Part shown: positions 9,803 to 20,100 of the stretch, piece by piece
How the letters are laid out: every line of letters starts with the position of its first letter
How positions within the stretch are numbered: the first letter of the stretch is position 1
Source: a virus
Direction: 5' to 3' (one strand)
DNA length: 64,000 nucleotides
IMG/VR virus record: IMGVR_UViG_3300035698_003810
Span: 20,550 to 84,549 of that record
Position numbers and translations under genes: made by a program
The notes under the pieces: generated by a model
Databases searched by the model: none
What the model was told of the DNA's origin: nothing
Seen by the model: only the letters and a program-made list of their open reading frames with translations

Positions 9803-11581
9803 ATGTCAGTATATTATATAAATAAATTCAATAGTGTTGGTGGTATATATCCATATACACGACCAGAAGATGGCGCAAAAAATTTTTATGAGTTGGTGAA
9901 AAACCCAAACACAAAAGTTAATTATCAACATGGTGATAGTATTAGAGTGTATAATCCGTGTGGTGGTGGTATTTGTGAAGTTGATGACACGGCTAATGAT
10001 ATTGAATTCAATAAAGAAGTTTCAATACTTCCTCACTCACCAAATAATGGTGTTATCATAAAATTAAAAAGTGATGGACAAGGATTAAAATTTTATAGAG
10101 GTGCATCAAAATCTGTTATAAGTGGATTAAGATTTACAAAGGAAACATTTAATGGTGGTTCATTGATATATGGTGATGACGTTATATCTCTTTTGATAAC
10201 TGATTGTGAGTTTGTTGCATCAACGGTTACTAATAATGGTATTTCTATTAATTTGAATAATTGTCAACATGCATTAATTACTCGTTCATATATTGAAGCA
10301 CCGATATATTCACTTGGTTATGCTGTGACATTGGATAATTGTCATAATTGTACTGTATCATTTAATGGGATTAATTTGAATGCCGGAGCTGGTATTGGTG
10401 TTAATTGTATTACTAATGTAGAATCAGTTGGTAATTATATTGGTGCGAATGTTGTTTACAATATGGGTGCGGGGTCAATTGCTATTAATTTAGATGGAAA
10501 ATTTAATAGCACTGGTTTAATGTATAATGTACTACGTCTTGCTGGAACAAATTCATATGGTGTTATTGCCTCTATTCCTGTAAACTATGGTAATGATATT
10601 GGAATAAAAAATAATGTTTTTATTTTTGAAGAAGATTCAAGTGCATTGTTTGGATTATATATACCTGATTTTGGTGTTAATGCTACGTCAATGTATGATA
10701 TTACAAATAATATATTTTATAATGAAACTACTTCAAATATAAAATTTGCATATGCATTGAGTGTTAGTGTCGATGTAGGAAGAAGTGTGGTGAATTATAA
10801 TGTATTTGATAGATTCGATTCAAATAATATATATTTTTGGGGTGGTAATCCAAATACGCTATCAGCAATGGGAAGTAGAACATATACTGATATAGACCCA
10901 CAATTATTGTATTATTATGATGATTCACCACCACAACCATATTCAATCACTGCGGTAGAATCATATCAATGTTCTGCATCATCTCAAACTCTTGGTTTGG
11001 GGCATTACCATGAACACATTGGAATGTTTGGTCAATTTTATAATGTTGGATATCCATATTGTAATTTTATTGATACGGTGACACATGAACTTGGGTCGGT
11101 AAGATTGGAAGCTGATAGCGCACACTTTACGTTTTTTAATAGTACATTTACAGAATCAAAGGAAAATGTCAATTTAAATTATAGAAAATTTTATACGAGT
11201 GGTGACGTTTATGAAAATCAATATTCTTGGGAGTCAAGTGCAGCGGGTGATTTTCCATTCACATCACAGAATCATTTATATAATAAAGATTTAATATATG
11301 TAATAACAAATAAAGATGAGCTTGAACCGTTCGATGGTATCTTTTGTCCAGCTAATCCGGGGTATGATTTTAGTGCTTATTCTGGATATGAAACTGGAAT
11401 TTTTGGATTCTCAAGAGCAGAATATATAAATACTTGTATAAGTGAACCATGTATCATTATAGATGATATATACGCAGAATTTATATGGATTGATGAAATC
11501 AATGCAGCATATGTATTCCAAGATGCAATAAACCCACCGTGTGTTGATGATGCACCGGTTTCTGCACCTATGGAATATTAA
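9803..11581 (+). CDS. Pectin-lyase-like right-handed beta-helix tail protein
   Basis: Asn/Gly-rich parallel beta-helix repeats (ISINLNNCQHALIT, VTLDNCHNCTVSFN, IKNNVF, ITNNIF). Confidence 0.6.
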   Translation: MSVYYINKFNSVGGIYPYTRPEDGAKNFYELVKNPNTKVNYQHGDSIRVYNPCGGGICEVDDTANDIEFNKEVSILPHSPNNGVIIKLKSDGQGLKFYRGASKSVISGLRFTKETFNGGSLIYGDDVISLLITDCEFVASTVTNNGISINLNNCQHALITRSYIEAPIYSLGYAVTLDNCHNCTVSFNGINLNAGAGIGVNCITNVESVGNYIGANVVYNMGAGSIAINLDGKFNSTGLMYNVLRLAGTNSYGVIASIPVNYGNDIGIKNNVFIFEEDSSALFGLYIPDFGVNATSMYDITNNIFYNETTSNIKFAYALSVSVDVGRSVVNYNVFDRFDSNNIYFWGGNPNTLSAMGSRTYTDIDPQLLYYYDDSPPQPYSITAVESYQCSASSQTLGLGHYHEHIGMFGQFYNVGYPYCNFIDTVTHELGSVRLEADSAHFTFFNSTFTESKENVNLNYRKFYTSGDVYENQYSWESSAAGDFPFTSQNHLYNKDLIYVITNKDELEPFDGIFCPANPGYDFSAYSGYETGIFGFSRAEYINTCISEPCIIIDDIYAEFIWIDEINAAYVFQDAINPPCVDDAPVSAPMEY

Positions 11582-11600
11582 ATTAACTGGAGGACTAATA

Positions 11601-13517
11601 ATGTCAACAAGTGCAACAAGACGAATTTTACATATAGCAACTGATAATCTTTCAGATTTGAAAGATAAACAATTTGGTAATGCATTAAGTGCATTTTCAT
11701 ATTACAAGACTCCAACTTTACCATCACATTGGGGTGCTAAAGATATATATAGTCAAGTGCAACATTTTGCATCATGGGATAAGAGTGTCGTATTTGACAA
11801 ATTATATCTTGGTGGGGATGGTGTATCGAATGGCCCGATAACAATAGCCCGTGGTGCATCTGATGATGAACCTGTGGAGGGTACAACAAGAGCGGATAAT
11901 TCTATTAATATTGGTAGGGGTTCTGGTATTAATATGGTAGACTCTGCTGGTCATATCAACATCGGTGATTTCACAGGTGCGGAGTCAAGAGGTGGTTCTG
12001 GTATATATGCTCAAAATGTTAATATTGGTTATTACACTGCTTTGTTTACAAATGGTCAAGGTAATGTTAACATTGGAAGCACGGTTGCACATCAGATGAT
12101 AGGTAATTATAATGTTTATGTTGGAATCAATGCCGGTATATACACGTCGGGGGATAGTAATTCTTTAATTGGAAATGGTGCTGCAAATTATTTTGATGGT
12201 AGCAATAATGTTGGTATTGGTAAAGATATTCTTTTTTATGCTAAAGGTAACAATAATGCGGCATTTGGTGAAGGGAGTCTGTCATTTTCAGATACAAATT
12301 ACACTGTGTCAATTGGGTATAGTGCTGGTTATTTTATGGAGTCTACATCTGGTTCGGTATTAATAGGGCGTGGTTCTGGTATGTATACATCAGGGAATTG
12401 TAATACTATTATTGGTGTTGATTCAGGTTCAACGGTATCTGGTGATGATAATTTAGTGATTGGTAGAGGTATGGGTTTTAATATTGTTGGTCAAGATAAT
12501 ATTTATGTTGGTAGAGATGGTGTGTTTGCTACAAGTGGTAGTGGAAATATTGTATTTGGACATGGAGCATTTGTTCCAGTTTTGCCTCAACCTGATGTTG
12601 GTAAAGTTAAACGTGAAACTTGTGTTGTTATTGGACGATACGCAGCGGAAGTAGTTTCTAACGATTCAATAGATTCTATTTGTATTGGGAACCATGCATG
12701 TGCATCTGCATCAACGATGGATAGAGTGGTTGGTATTGGTAAAGATGTATTTGGAAATGGTGGTGTAATAACTGACAATGTGGCAATAGGAACAAGTGCC
12801 GGATATTACTCATCTCATTATAATAGTGTTTTGGTTGGATTGAATGCTGGTGCTGAAGGTGGGCATATATCTGGGGAATTAATTGCTATTGGGTCAAGAG
12901 CCGGATACAAATCAAATTCATATAGAACGATTGCTATTGGTGAAGATGCCGGTGCAAATTGTCCTTCTGGCCTTGCTGTTGGTACATTCATTGGTAGTGA
13001 AGCAGGTAGATACGGACAAATGAATGACTGTTTGGCAATTGGGGAACAAGCCGGATATGGTGCCTCTGCGGTTGACAGTATGTTTATTGGTGAGCTTGCA
13101 GGAAAAAATTCTACTGGTGGGAATTGCGTTTTCATTGGTGAGACTGCCGGAGAAAATAATACTGAAAATAATAAATTTGCAATTACAAATGGAAGTGCCA
13201 TTTTATTGAGTGGTGACTTTACAACTAAAGAAGTTATTATTGACCACGTAAAATTTCCAAGAACTAATGAACCAACGGTTGTAGATGGACATGCATATAT
13301 ATTTGCATCAGCAGCTGGGGCATTTGGTTCACAAACAGAATTGTATGTTGAAGATAGTCAATCTAACATAACAAGAATTTCTCCCCATAATGATGAAGGG
13401 GATTGGGAATATTTTTCTCGTAATAGAAATACAGGAAAAACAATTAAAATTAATATGGAAAAATTTATCCGTAAGATGGAAGATTTTACTGGTGAAAAAT
13501 TTATAGAGGAATTATAA
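11601..13517 (+). CDS. Tail fibre with YadA-like 14-residue IG repeats and C-terminal chaperone-like domain
   Basis: Repeated N-x-x-IG-x-x-AG units; GGAGGA RBS places the start at ATG 11601 rather than 11541. Confidence 0.7.
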   Translation: MSTSATRRILHIATDNLSDLKDKQFGNALSAFSYYKTPTLPSHWGAKDIYSQVQHFASWDKSVVFDKLYLGGDGVSNGPITIARGASDDEPVEGTTRADNSINIGRGSGINMVDSAGHINIGDFTGAESRGGSGIYAQNVNIGYYTALFTNGQGNVNIGSTVAHQMIGNYNVYVGINAGIYTSGDSNSLIGNGAANYFDGSNNVGIGKDILFYAKGNNNAAFGEGSLSFSDTNYTVSIGYSAGYFMESTSGSVLIGRGSGMYTSGNCNTIIGVDSGSTVSGDDNLVIGRGMGFNIVGQDNIYVGRDGVFATSGSGNIVFGHGAFVPVLPQPDVGKVKRETCVVIGRYAAEVVSNDSIDSICIGNHACASASTMDRVVGIGKDVFGNGGVITDNVAIGTSAGYYSSHYNSVLVGLNAGAEGGHISGELIAIGSRAGYKSNSYRTIAIGEDAGANCPSGLAVGTFIGSEAGRYGQMNDCLAIGEQAGYGASAVDSMFIGELAGKNSTGGNCVFIGETAGENNTENNKFAITNGSAILLSGDFTTKEVIIDHVKFPRTNEPTVVDGHAYIFASAAGAFGSQTELYVEDSQSNITRISPHNDEGDWEYFSRNRNTGKTIKINMEKFIRKMEDFTGEKFIEEL

Positions 13518-13966
13518 TGGCTGGTTTAATTGATGATAAAGATAAAAATAGATTTACAAGACAATTGGAGATAAATCCAAGTGGTACTAACGGATTGTAT
13601 TTTATGTTATCTGCTGGAGATACATACGGTGCTGATATTTATGGGGATGTTCAAATATTTTCATTTGTTAGTATTAATTCAGTAGCTATAGCCGTTGGCA
13701 GTAGATATGAAGGTGGTTCATACTTTTTAAGTGCTAATGGGCAATTGACTAATAGTGATTTTGGTACGACAAGTGCATCTGTACATGAGAATGGTTCGCA
13801 GTTAACAGTAACGGTTCAATCATATAGTATGTATGGTATTATGGAAATTTTATTTACAAATGCTAATGCGACTGATATTATGACGGTGGTTACTAATATA
13901 GAATTTCAAAATGTTATGTATGATGCTTACATGGTTGAAGTTCCAGACCCACCATCATTACCATAG
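13517..13966 (+). CDS. Small fibre-associated beta protein, paralog 1
   Basis: N-terminal IDDKDKNRFT motif shared with the next two ORFs; coupled to the fibre gene by TAATG. Confidence 0.55.
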   Translation: MAGLIDDKDKNRFTRQLEINPSGTNGLYFMLSAGDTYGADIYGDVQIFSFVSINSVAIAVGSRYEGGSYFLSANGQLTNSDFGTTSASVHENGSQLTVTVQSYSMYGIMEILFTNANATDIMTVVTNIEFQNVMYDAYMVEVPDPPSLP

Positions 13967-13974
13967 GAGAAATA

Positions 13975-14394
13975 ATGGCAATAGGAAGTCGTATAGATGA
14001 TATATTATTGAGTAGATTTACAAAGAGAATGGCGATAGCAAATGCATCGGCATATACTCTTACATTTACTAATACATGGGGATTCACAACGTGGGCTGCT
14101 GGTGTTGAGGTGAAAGTTGCTTTACATAGACCAAGTGTTAGTGCTACAAATCTTGGTTCTTATTGGATTGGTGGTACATTTGTTATTAGTGGTGGTGTTT
14201 TTATAGAATCTGATATTACAATAAGAAGAGAAAGTTGTACATTGAGTGGTGATTTTGATGCAATTTTTGCTGTGAATAGTACTGATAACAAATCAATAGA
14301 TATTGCATTGACAAATGGTGGTGCTGATTGTAGTGCCGTGTGTAATGTAGAATTTTATACAGCTTATGGATATACTATAAGCGCATCACCATAG
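13975..14394 (+). CDS. Small fibre-associated beta protein, paralog 2
   Basis: IDDILLSRFT N-terminal motif; AGGAG RBS. Confidence 0.55.
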   Translation: MAIGSRIDDILLSRFTKRMAIANASAYTLTFTNTWGFTTWAAGVEVKVALHRPSVSATNLGSYWIGGTFVISGGVFIESDITIRRESCTLSGDFDAIFAVNSTDNKSIDIALTNGGADCSAVCNVEFYTAYGYTISASP

Positions 14395-14403
14395 GAGAAA
14401 ATA

Positions 14404-14808
14404 ATGCCTAAATATGTAGATGATATGAAGAAGAATAGATTTACAATTGCAGCTAATGGGTTACCTGTTGGTAGTACATATTATAAATTTGACCACAAAA
14501 GTGGACAATCGGTATATCGTGGTGCAATGATGGTAACTATGACATCTCTTGATAATTCACAAATATCAAACATGGGATGTGTTAGAGTTATAAATACATT
14601 TGAGGTTGATGCTGGAGTTTTACAAAATGTAGGTGCATTTGTTCCGGTTTATACTAATGGTGCCGTTGGTCTTACACTTGCTATGGGTATTGTTACTAAC
14701 GATTTAGCAATACAAGTATTTAATGATGGTATTATACGAGATATTATATTGAATTTTGAATTTTTAATGCCTGATGATGATTTTATGATATTTACAGGAG
14801 CTGTTTAA
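14404..14808 (+). CDS. Small fibre-associated beta protein, paralog 3
   Basis: VDDMKKNRFT N-terminal motif; AGGAG RBS. Confidence 0.55.
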   Translation: MPKYVDDMKKNRFTIAANGLPVGSTYYKFDHKSGQSVYRGAMMVTMTSLDNSQISNMGCVRVINTFEVDAGVLQNVGAFVPVYTNGAVGLTLAMGIVTNDLAIQVFNDGIIRDIILNFEFLMPDDDFMIFTGAV

Positions 14809-14825
14809 ATTGAAAGGAATTAATT

Positions 14826-15668
14826 ATGGAAATTGATATTAAAGAATTGAGAAGTCGTGATATAAAAAAAAGAGAAAAAAATATTAAAGATATTGAGACA
14901 TTTAAAAAATATGATATTAAAATATTGACACCATTTTATAATGTGATTGATACAAAGACTGAAAGGGCAATTTTAAAATTATTAGATTCAAAGACATTGA
15001 ATTGTGCATGGTTATCATTACAAGGTACAGCGATTGCATATATTAGAAATAAACTTGTTAATGATGGTAACTCAGATTTACAATATCAGAAATTAAATGA
15101 TGGGTTTACTCATTATTTATTTATAGATTCAGATACAGTTGTTAATGAAAATACAGTTAAAAAATTATTATCATATGATTTGGATATAGTTGCCGGAGCA
15201 TATGTTAGTAGAGAATCTGAACACTGTTATGTTGGTGGACATTTTAAATATGAAGATGATAATATAATTGATTTTGTAAATATAGAAAAAACAACTAAAG
15301 GCTTAATTGAAGTTGATTGGATTGGTGCAGGATGTTTACTTATAAAGAAAGAAGTATTTGAAAATCTTCCATATCCTTGGTTTCATTACCCTATTATTGA
15401 AAAAATGTATAATGGGGAAAAACACACACAAATGGTATTTGAAGATGTGGGTTTTTCAATGTTAGCAAAAAAGTATGGTTATAAAATTTTTATGGATTGT
15501 GATGTTGAAGTAACACATTATGCAAGAAACTATCAAAGAGAAAATGTAACAGATTTTGAATTGCTATTTACAAATGTTAGTGATGATATGAATAAGGTAT
15601 TTCAATTAATGAGAATGATGAGTTATAGAATAAATGATTTGGAAAAAAAGAAAGAGGACGATAAATAA
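14826..15668 (+). CDS. GT-A (GT2-like) glycosyltransferase
   Basis: THYLFIDSD (DxD), DWIGAGCLLIKKEVFE...PWF, EDVGFS. Confidence 0.85.
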   Translation: MEIDIKELRSRDIKKREKNIKDIETFKKYDIKILTPFYNVIDTKTERAILKLLDSKTLNCAWLSLQGTAIAYIRNKLVNDGNSDLQYQKLNDGFTHYLFIDSDTVVNENTVKKLLSYDLDIVAGAYVSRESEHCYVGGHFKYEDDNIIDFVNIEKTTKGLIEVDWIGAGCLLIKKEVFENLPYPWFHYPIIEKMYNGEKHTQMVFEDVGFSMLAKKYGYKIFMDCDVEVTHYARNYQRENVTDFELLFTNVSDDMNKVFQLMRMMSYRINDLEKKKEDDK

Positions 15669-17125
15669 TGTCAACTTATTATGTAAATATAAGCAACGCA
15701 ATTGCAATTGGTGATGGTTCAATTGGTTCACCATTAAATTATAATCAGTTAGTAAACTTTTTTAATCCTGAGTATATAATTGGTGGTGAGGTTATTGCAA
15801 CGTCTGCTCAAGCTGGTGATGTTATAAAAGTTAAAGGTTCAAAAACTGAAGATTATGCACCGTCTGATAATACTTATGTTGATATGTTTGTTAGTTTTCA
15901 TGAATCATTGAGTGGTTCTTTTAGTATTGAAGGGTGGGATGTACTAACAGAAGGTTCTCCAATTTTATATAATGAGGAGACTCAATTTAGTTTATTTGGT
16001 AGAGCAAATGAGTATAAAACAAGTGCGATTGATTCAACATTAGATATAACATTAAAAAATATCATAGTTGATAATTATGGTATTAATGACGGAGGTACAT
16101 TTTCCGTATCATTATTTGATTATGGGTGGGCTTCACCAAGTAGACAAATTAATATTGATTTTAAAACTGTTGCAATTAAAACTAATACACTCGGTCAATT
16201 TCATTTATCTGAAACTGCCGTTGGGACGAGCGGGTATTCTAATGTGAGTTTTTATGGGTGTACATTAGATTGTGATGATATGACTCAATTTAGTAGAATT
16301 AATACATTTGGGTTATATGATTGTATTTTATTACATGATAGTATGACTTTAGATTTACAATCATATTCTACACTTAAAGCATCAAATAATTTAACGACAT
16401 TAGCAAGTTATACATCATATGTTGGTTCACCGGGTGATGTATCTCAATATATAGCACCTACATTTAATGATAGTTTGATAAGTTATTCTGTTGAGTCAAA
16501 TGCCGCAAATCAAATTGCGTATTATCAAAATAAAACAACATTAGAATATTCAAATTTTAATATACCCGAAGGTGGAGCAACAGATACATTTAGAACAACA
16601 AATGATTATGCAACGGGTTTGTTTGGTGAGACTCGTGTTGCTTATGGTGCATATGTATTTGAAATCACAGTAAGTGATTTTGGGAAAGGTCATATCGGTT
16701 CATTTTATTTTGGTGGTGACTTTGAAAATGTTATAGTAACGGTTGACCCCGGAATAATTGAATTTAATCCTGTAACCTGTGCCGGTGTAAATACATCTGG
16801 TCTTGGTGCATCAATTATCAATCTTGTTGTTCCCAGTATTAGAACATTTGGTTTTAATTCATTTCCATTTGATTTTAGTGGAACACCTGTTGAAGGTGCA
16901 TCACCATTGTATGTTAAATACCACGTTTACAATTACGAACCAAGGGGGCAATTTGCTGGTAGATGGGAAGCATATGAATTCAGATGGTGGTTTGATTATG
17001 ATACATCTGGTGGAACAACTGATTATATTGCATATGCTGTAGATAAAGTAAATTGGTTATATTGTGGTGTTTATGGGCAAACATATGATGTTCGTTGTTG
17101 TGTAATGTATAGACCTATAGAATAA
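15668..17125 (+). CDS. Virion beta-helix protein with C-terminal PKD-like domain
   Basis: MSTYYVN...GDGSIGSP start; FSGTPVEGASPLYV...WWFD PKD-type ending. Confidence 0.55.
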   Translation: MSTYYVNISNAIAIGDGSIGSPLNYNQLVNFFNPEYIIGGEVIATSAQAGDVIKVKGSKTEDYAPSDNTYVDMFVSFHESLSGSFSIEGWDVLTEGSPILYNEETQFSLFGRANEYKTSAIDSTLDITLKNIIVDNYGINDGGTFSVSLFDYGWASPSRQINIDFKTVAIKTNTLGQFHLSETAVGTSGYSNVSFYGCTLDCDDMTQFSRINTFGLYDCILLHDSMTLDLQSYSTLKASNNLTTLASYTSYVGSPGDVSQYIAPTFNDSLISYSVESNAANQIAYYQNKTTLEYSNFNIPEGGATDTFRTTNDYATGLFGETRVAYGAYVFEITVSDFGKGHIGSFYFGGDFENVIVTVDPGIIEFNPVTCAGVNTSGLGASIINLVVPSIRTFGFNSFPFDFSGTPVEGASPLYVKYHVYNYEPRGQFAGRWEAYEFRWWFDYDTSGGTTDYIAYAVDKVNWLYCGVYGQTYDVRCCVMYRPIE

Positions 17126-17126
17126 A

Positions 17127-17134
17127 TATAAATA
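17127..17134 (+). promoter_or_regulatory. T4-type late promoter TATAAATA
   Basis: Exact consensus, intergenic. Confidence 0.7.
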
Positions 17135-17165
17135 ATTAAAAAGATGATTAATTTTTGGAGTATAA

Positions 17166-20100
17166 ATGGCTAATTTTTTTGAAGATTTTGTTGCATCAAC
17201 TGGAAATTTTTTCTATGCTGCACAGGTTGGATACCCATCATACCGATATTGGTATATCGATTATGTTAAGTTAATACCAACTGATGCTGTTGCATATCAA
17301 CCGGGATTCCTTCTTGTTGAAACACAACCAGAATTGAATGGTAGCTTGTCGGCTTCATATGTAAATCTTGACCCATATAATGGTTGTGATAACTTTATAA
17401 TTATTAGATATCAAAGTCCAACTGAATTTATGGGTTTGCGTGTTAATCCGGGGACTCTTGACCAAAAGGGAATTTATGTTTCTCATTCTAACCCAAGTGA
17501 ATGGCAGGGTGAGGGTAATGCATTATCTCAAGGTGATACAAAACTTAATCTTATAAACTCAGCAGGTGTTGCGATTAGTGCTGAAACGTGGCCTAATAAA
17601 ACTGCGTTTCCTCTTGATGGTTTAATTACAGTTGATATTACAAGTAATAATAATTATTCTCTTGAATGGTGGGATTCAGACCACACAATATTATATGCCT
17701 CTGCTACATTTATTGATAACCATATTATATCATCGGCAGGACACCACGGGTTCTTCCACACTACAAAATGGGATGCAAACATTGACGGGTGGGATTATAT
17801 CATGTGGGTTGATGGTGTATCTGCGGTTACACCACCGACAATAGAATCATTCAGTGCAACTGATTATGTAATAACTGATGGAGATAGTACTACTTTAGGG
17901 TGGTTTGTTTTAAGTGGTGATAATGATACAATAGTTACGATTGACAATGGGGTTGGTGATGTAGATTTATTTGGAACATCAGCTATAACTCCGGGGCTTG
18001 GTAGCCACACATATACAATATCAGCTTATAATGATGGTGGTTCAGTAAGTGCAGATTTTGGTTTGACAGTACTGGCAAATGCACCGACAATTGAGATATT
18101 TTCTGCATCTAATACTCCAGTGTCTGCTGGAGAAAATTCAACATTGGGGTGGATTACATCTGGTTCTTCTGTATCAGCTTTCATTGATAATGGTGTTGGT
18201 TGGATAACTCCTATTTGGGAAGTTAGTGCAGGTACGTATGAAGTTTCTGCATTGACAGCAACAACAACATACACAATGTCAGCGTTTGATGTTAGTGATA
18301 ACTTTGTTACCGACTCAACAACAGTTGAAGTTACTCCACCAATAATATCAGTATTTTCTGCCGACACACCAATATCTGCTGGTGGTAATTCAACATTGAC
18401 ATGGGAGACATCGGGTAGTTCTGTATCAGCATTTATTGATAATGATATTGGTTGGGTGACTCCAGTTAGTGCAGGTACATATGAAGTTTCTGCATTAACA
18501 GCAACAACAATATACACATTGTCAGCATTTGATTTTGTTGGTAATTATGTAACAGACACTGCATTGGTTGTGGTGTCAGCGGTACCACAAATAGTTGGTG
18601 GTACATTTTCGGCAACACCAAATCCAGTTTGTTCAGGGTCTGATTATTTAATTAGTTGGGAAACATTGGGAGCAACATCAGCATTCATTGATAATGGTGT
18701 TGGTTGGATTGCTTCATCTGCTGTAACTTCTGGTTCATATGGAACATCAGCTTCACTACCGACAACATATTCATTGTCTGCGTGGAATGACCTTGGAAAT
18801 ATTACAAGTGCGAGTTATATTCAACAGGTTTATTATAGAGACCCTGTTGCAGATGCAGGAAGTGATTTAGTATTTTCTGCAACGGATACCAGTGGGGTAT
18901 CGGTAACATTTAATTCAAGTGCCAGTTATGACCCTGATGGTCAAGCTATTGCAACATATTTATGGACATCAGCAGGTACGGTAATATCAACATCAGAATA
19001 TTTTACTCTTGTATTATCTGCTGGAGACTATGTATTTGATTTATTGATTACCGATGGATGTAATCAATCGGGAACTGATAGTGTAAGTGCTTCTGTTGTG
19101 AATTTAATTCCTCCGGTTGCTATTGCAAGTGCAACTCCATATTTTGTAAATGCTGGTGAAAGTTTTATTTTATCTGGTCAAGATAGTTATGACCCCGACG
19201 GAGCAATAGATAGTTACTTATGGGATTTAAGCGGAACATTCCTTTCAGCGACTGACGTAGCGGTACACACACAAAATACAGTGGGTGATTATACATATAC
19301 ATTGACAGTAACAGACACAAGTGGATTATCTGCTTCTGATACAACGTTAGTTCATGTGAATGGTATATACGCTCCAAGTGCTAATGCTGGTGACGACCAA
19401 TCACATTGTATGGTTTCTGGTGATTCGGTGGATGTAACACTTAATGGTAGTGATAGTTTTCCTTCTGAAACTGGTGGTACAATAGTTTGGTATGAGTGGG
19501 AATTAAGTGCGTTTGGTGTGTCTAATGTATCTGCCGATGTATCTGCGGTATATGAGATTTCAGCAACTGTAAGTGATGTTTCTGCATTTGGTACATATGA
19601 AGTTGGTTTGGTAGTTTCGGCATCAAATGGTATTATTGATAATGACATAATGAGTGTAACTATTAATCGTCAAGCAATTGTATCTGCTGGTGATGACCAA
19701 ACACATAATCTATCGTGTAGTGCTTCATTTATTAATATTGGGTTAAGTGGCAGCTCTGATTTATCTGGTACGTATATTTGGTATTTTAAAGATGGTGAAG
19801 TCACACAACAAGGACAAAATGTTACAAGAGAATATTCAGTAGGAACATACAGTGCCGGATTAGAAATTGTAACAACAGCAGCCAATGGTGCTGTATGTAC
19901 ATCAGACCAAGATATTATTAATATTGTTATAAGTGCCAACCCAATGTCAATTGAAACATTTGAGTTTAGCCCTAATTTTATAAATGGAACGTCTGCATAT
20001 GTGTGGACAACATTGTCATGGGAAACATCTGGTGCAGTAAGTGCAACTATTGATAATAATGTTGGGTGGTTAGATACATCAGCAATTAGTGCGGGTAGCA

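Noticed and set aside
18222-18533. Repeat pair as DGR template/variable repeat
   Set aside because: Both copies are in-frame in one gene, mismatches are mostly synonymous and not confined to adenines of one copy; no reverse transcriptase seen
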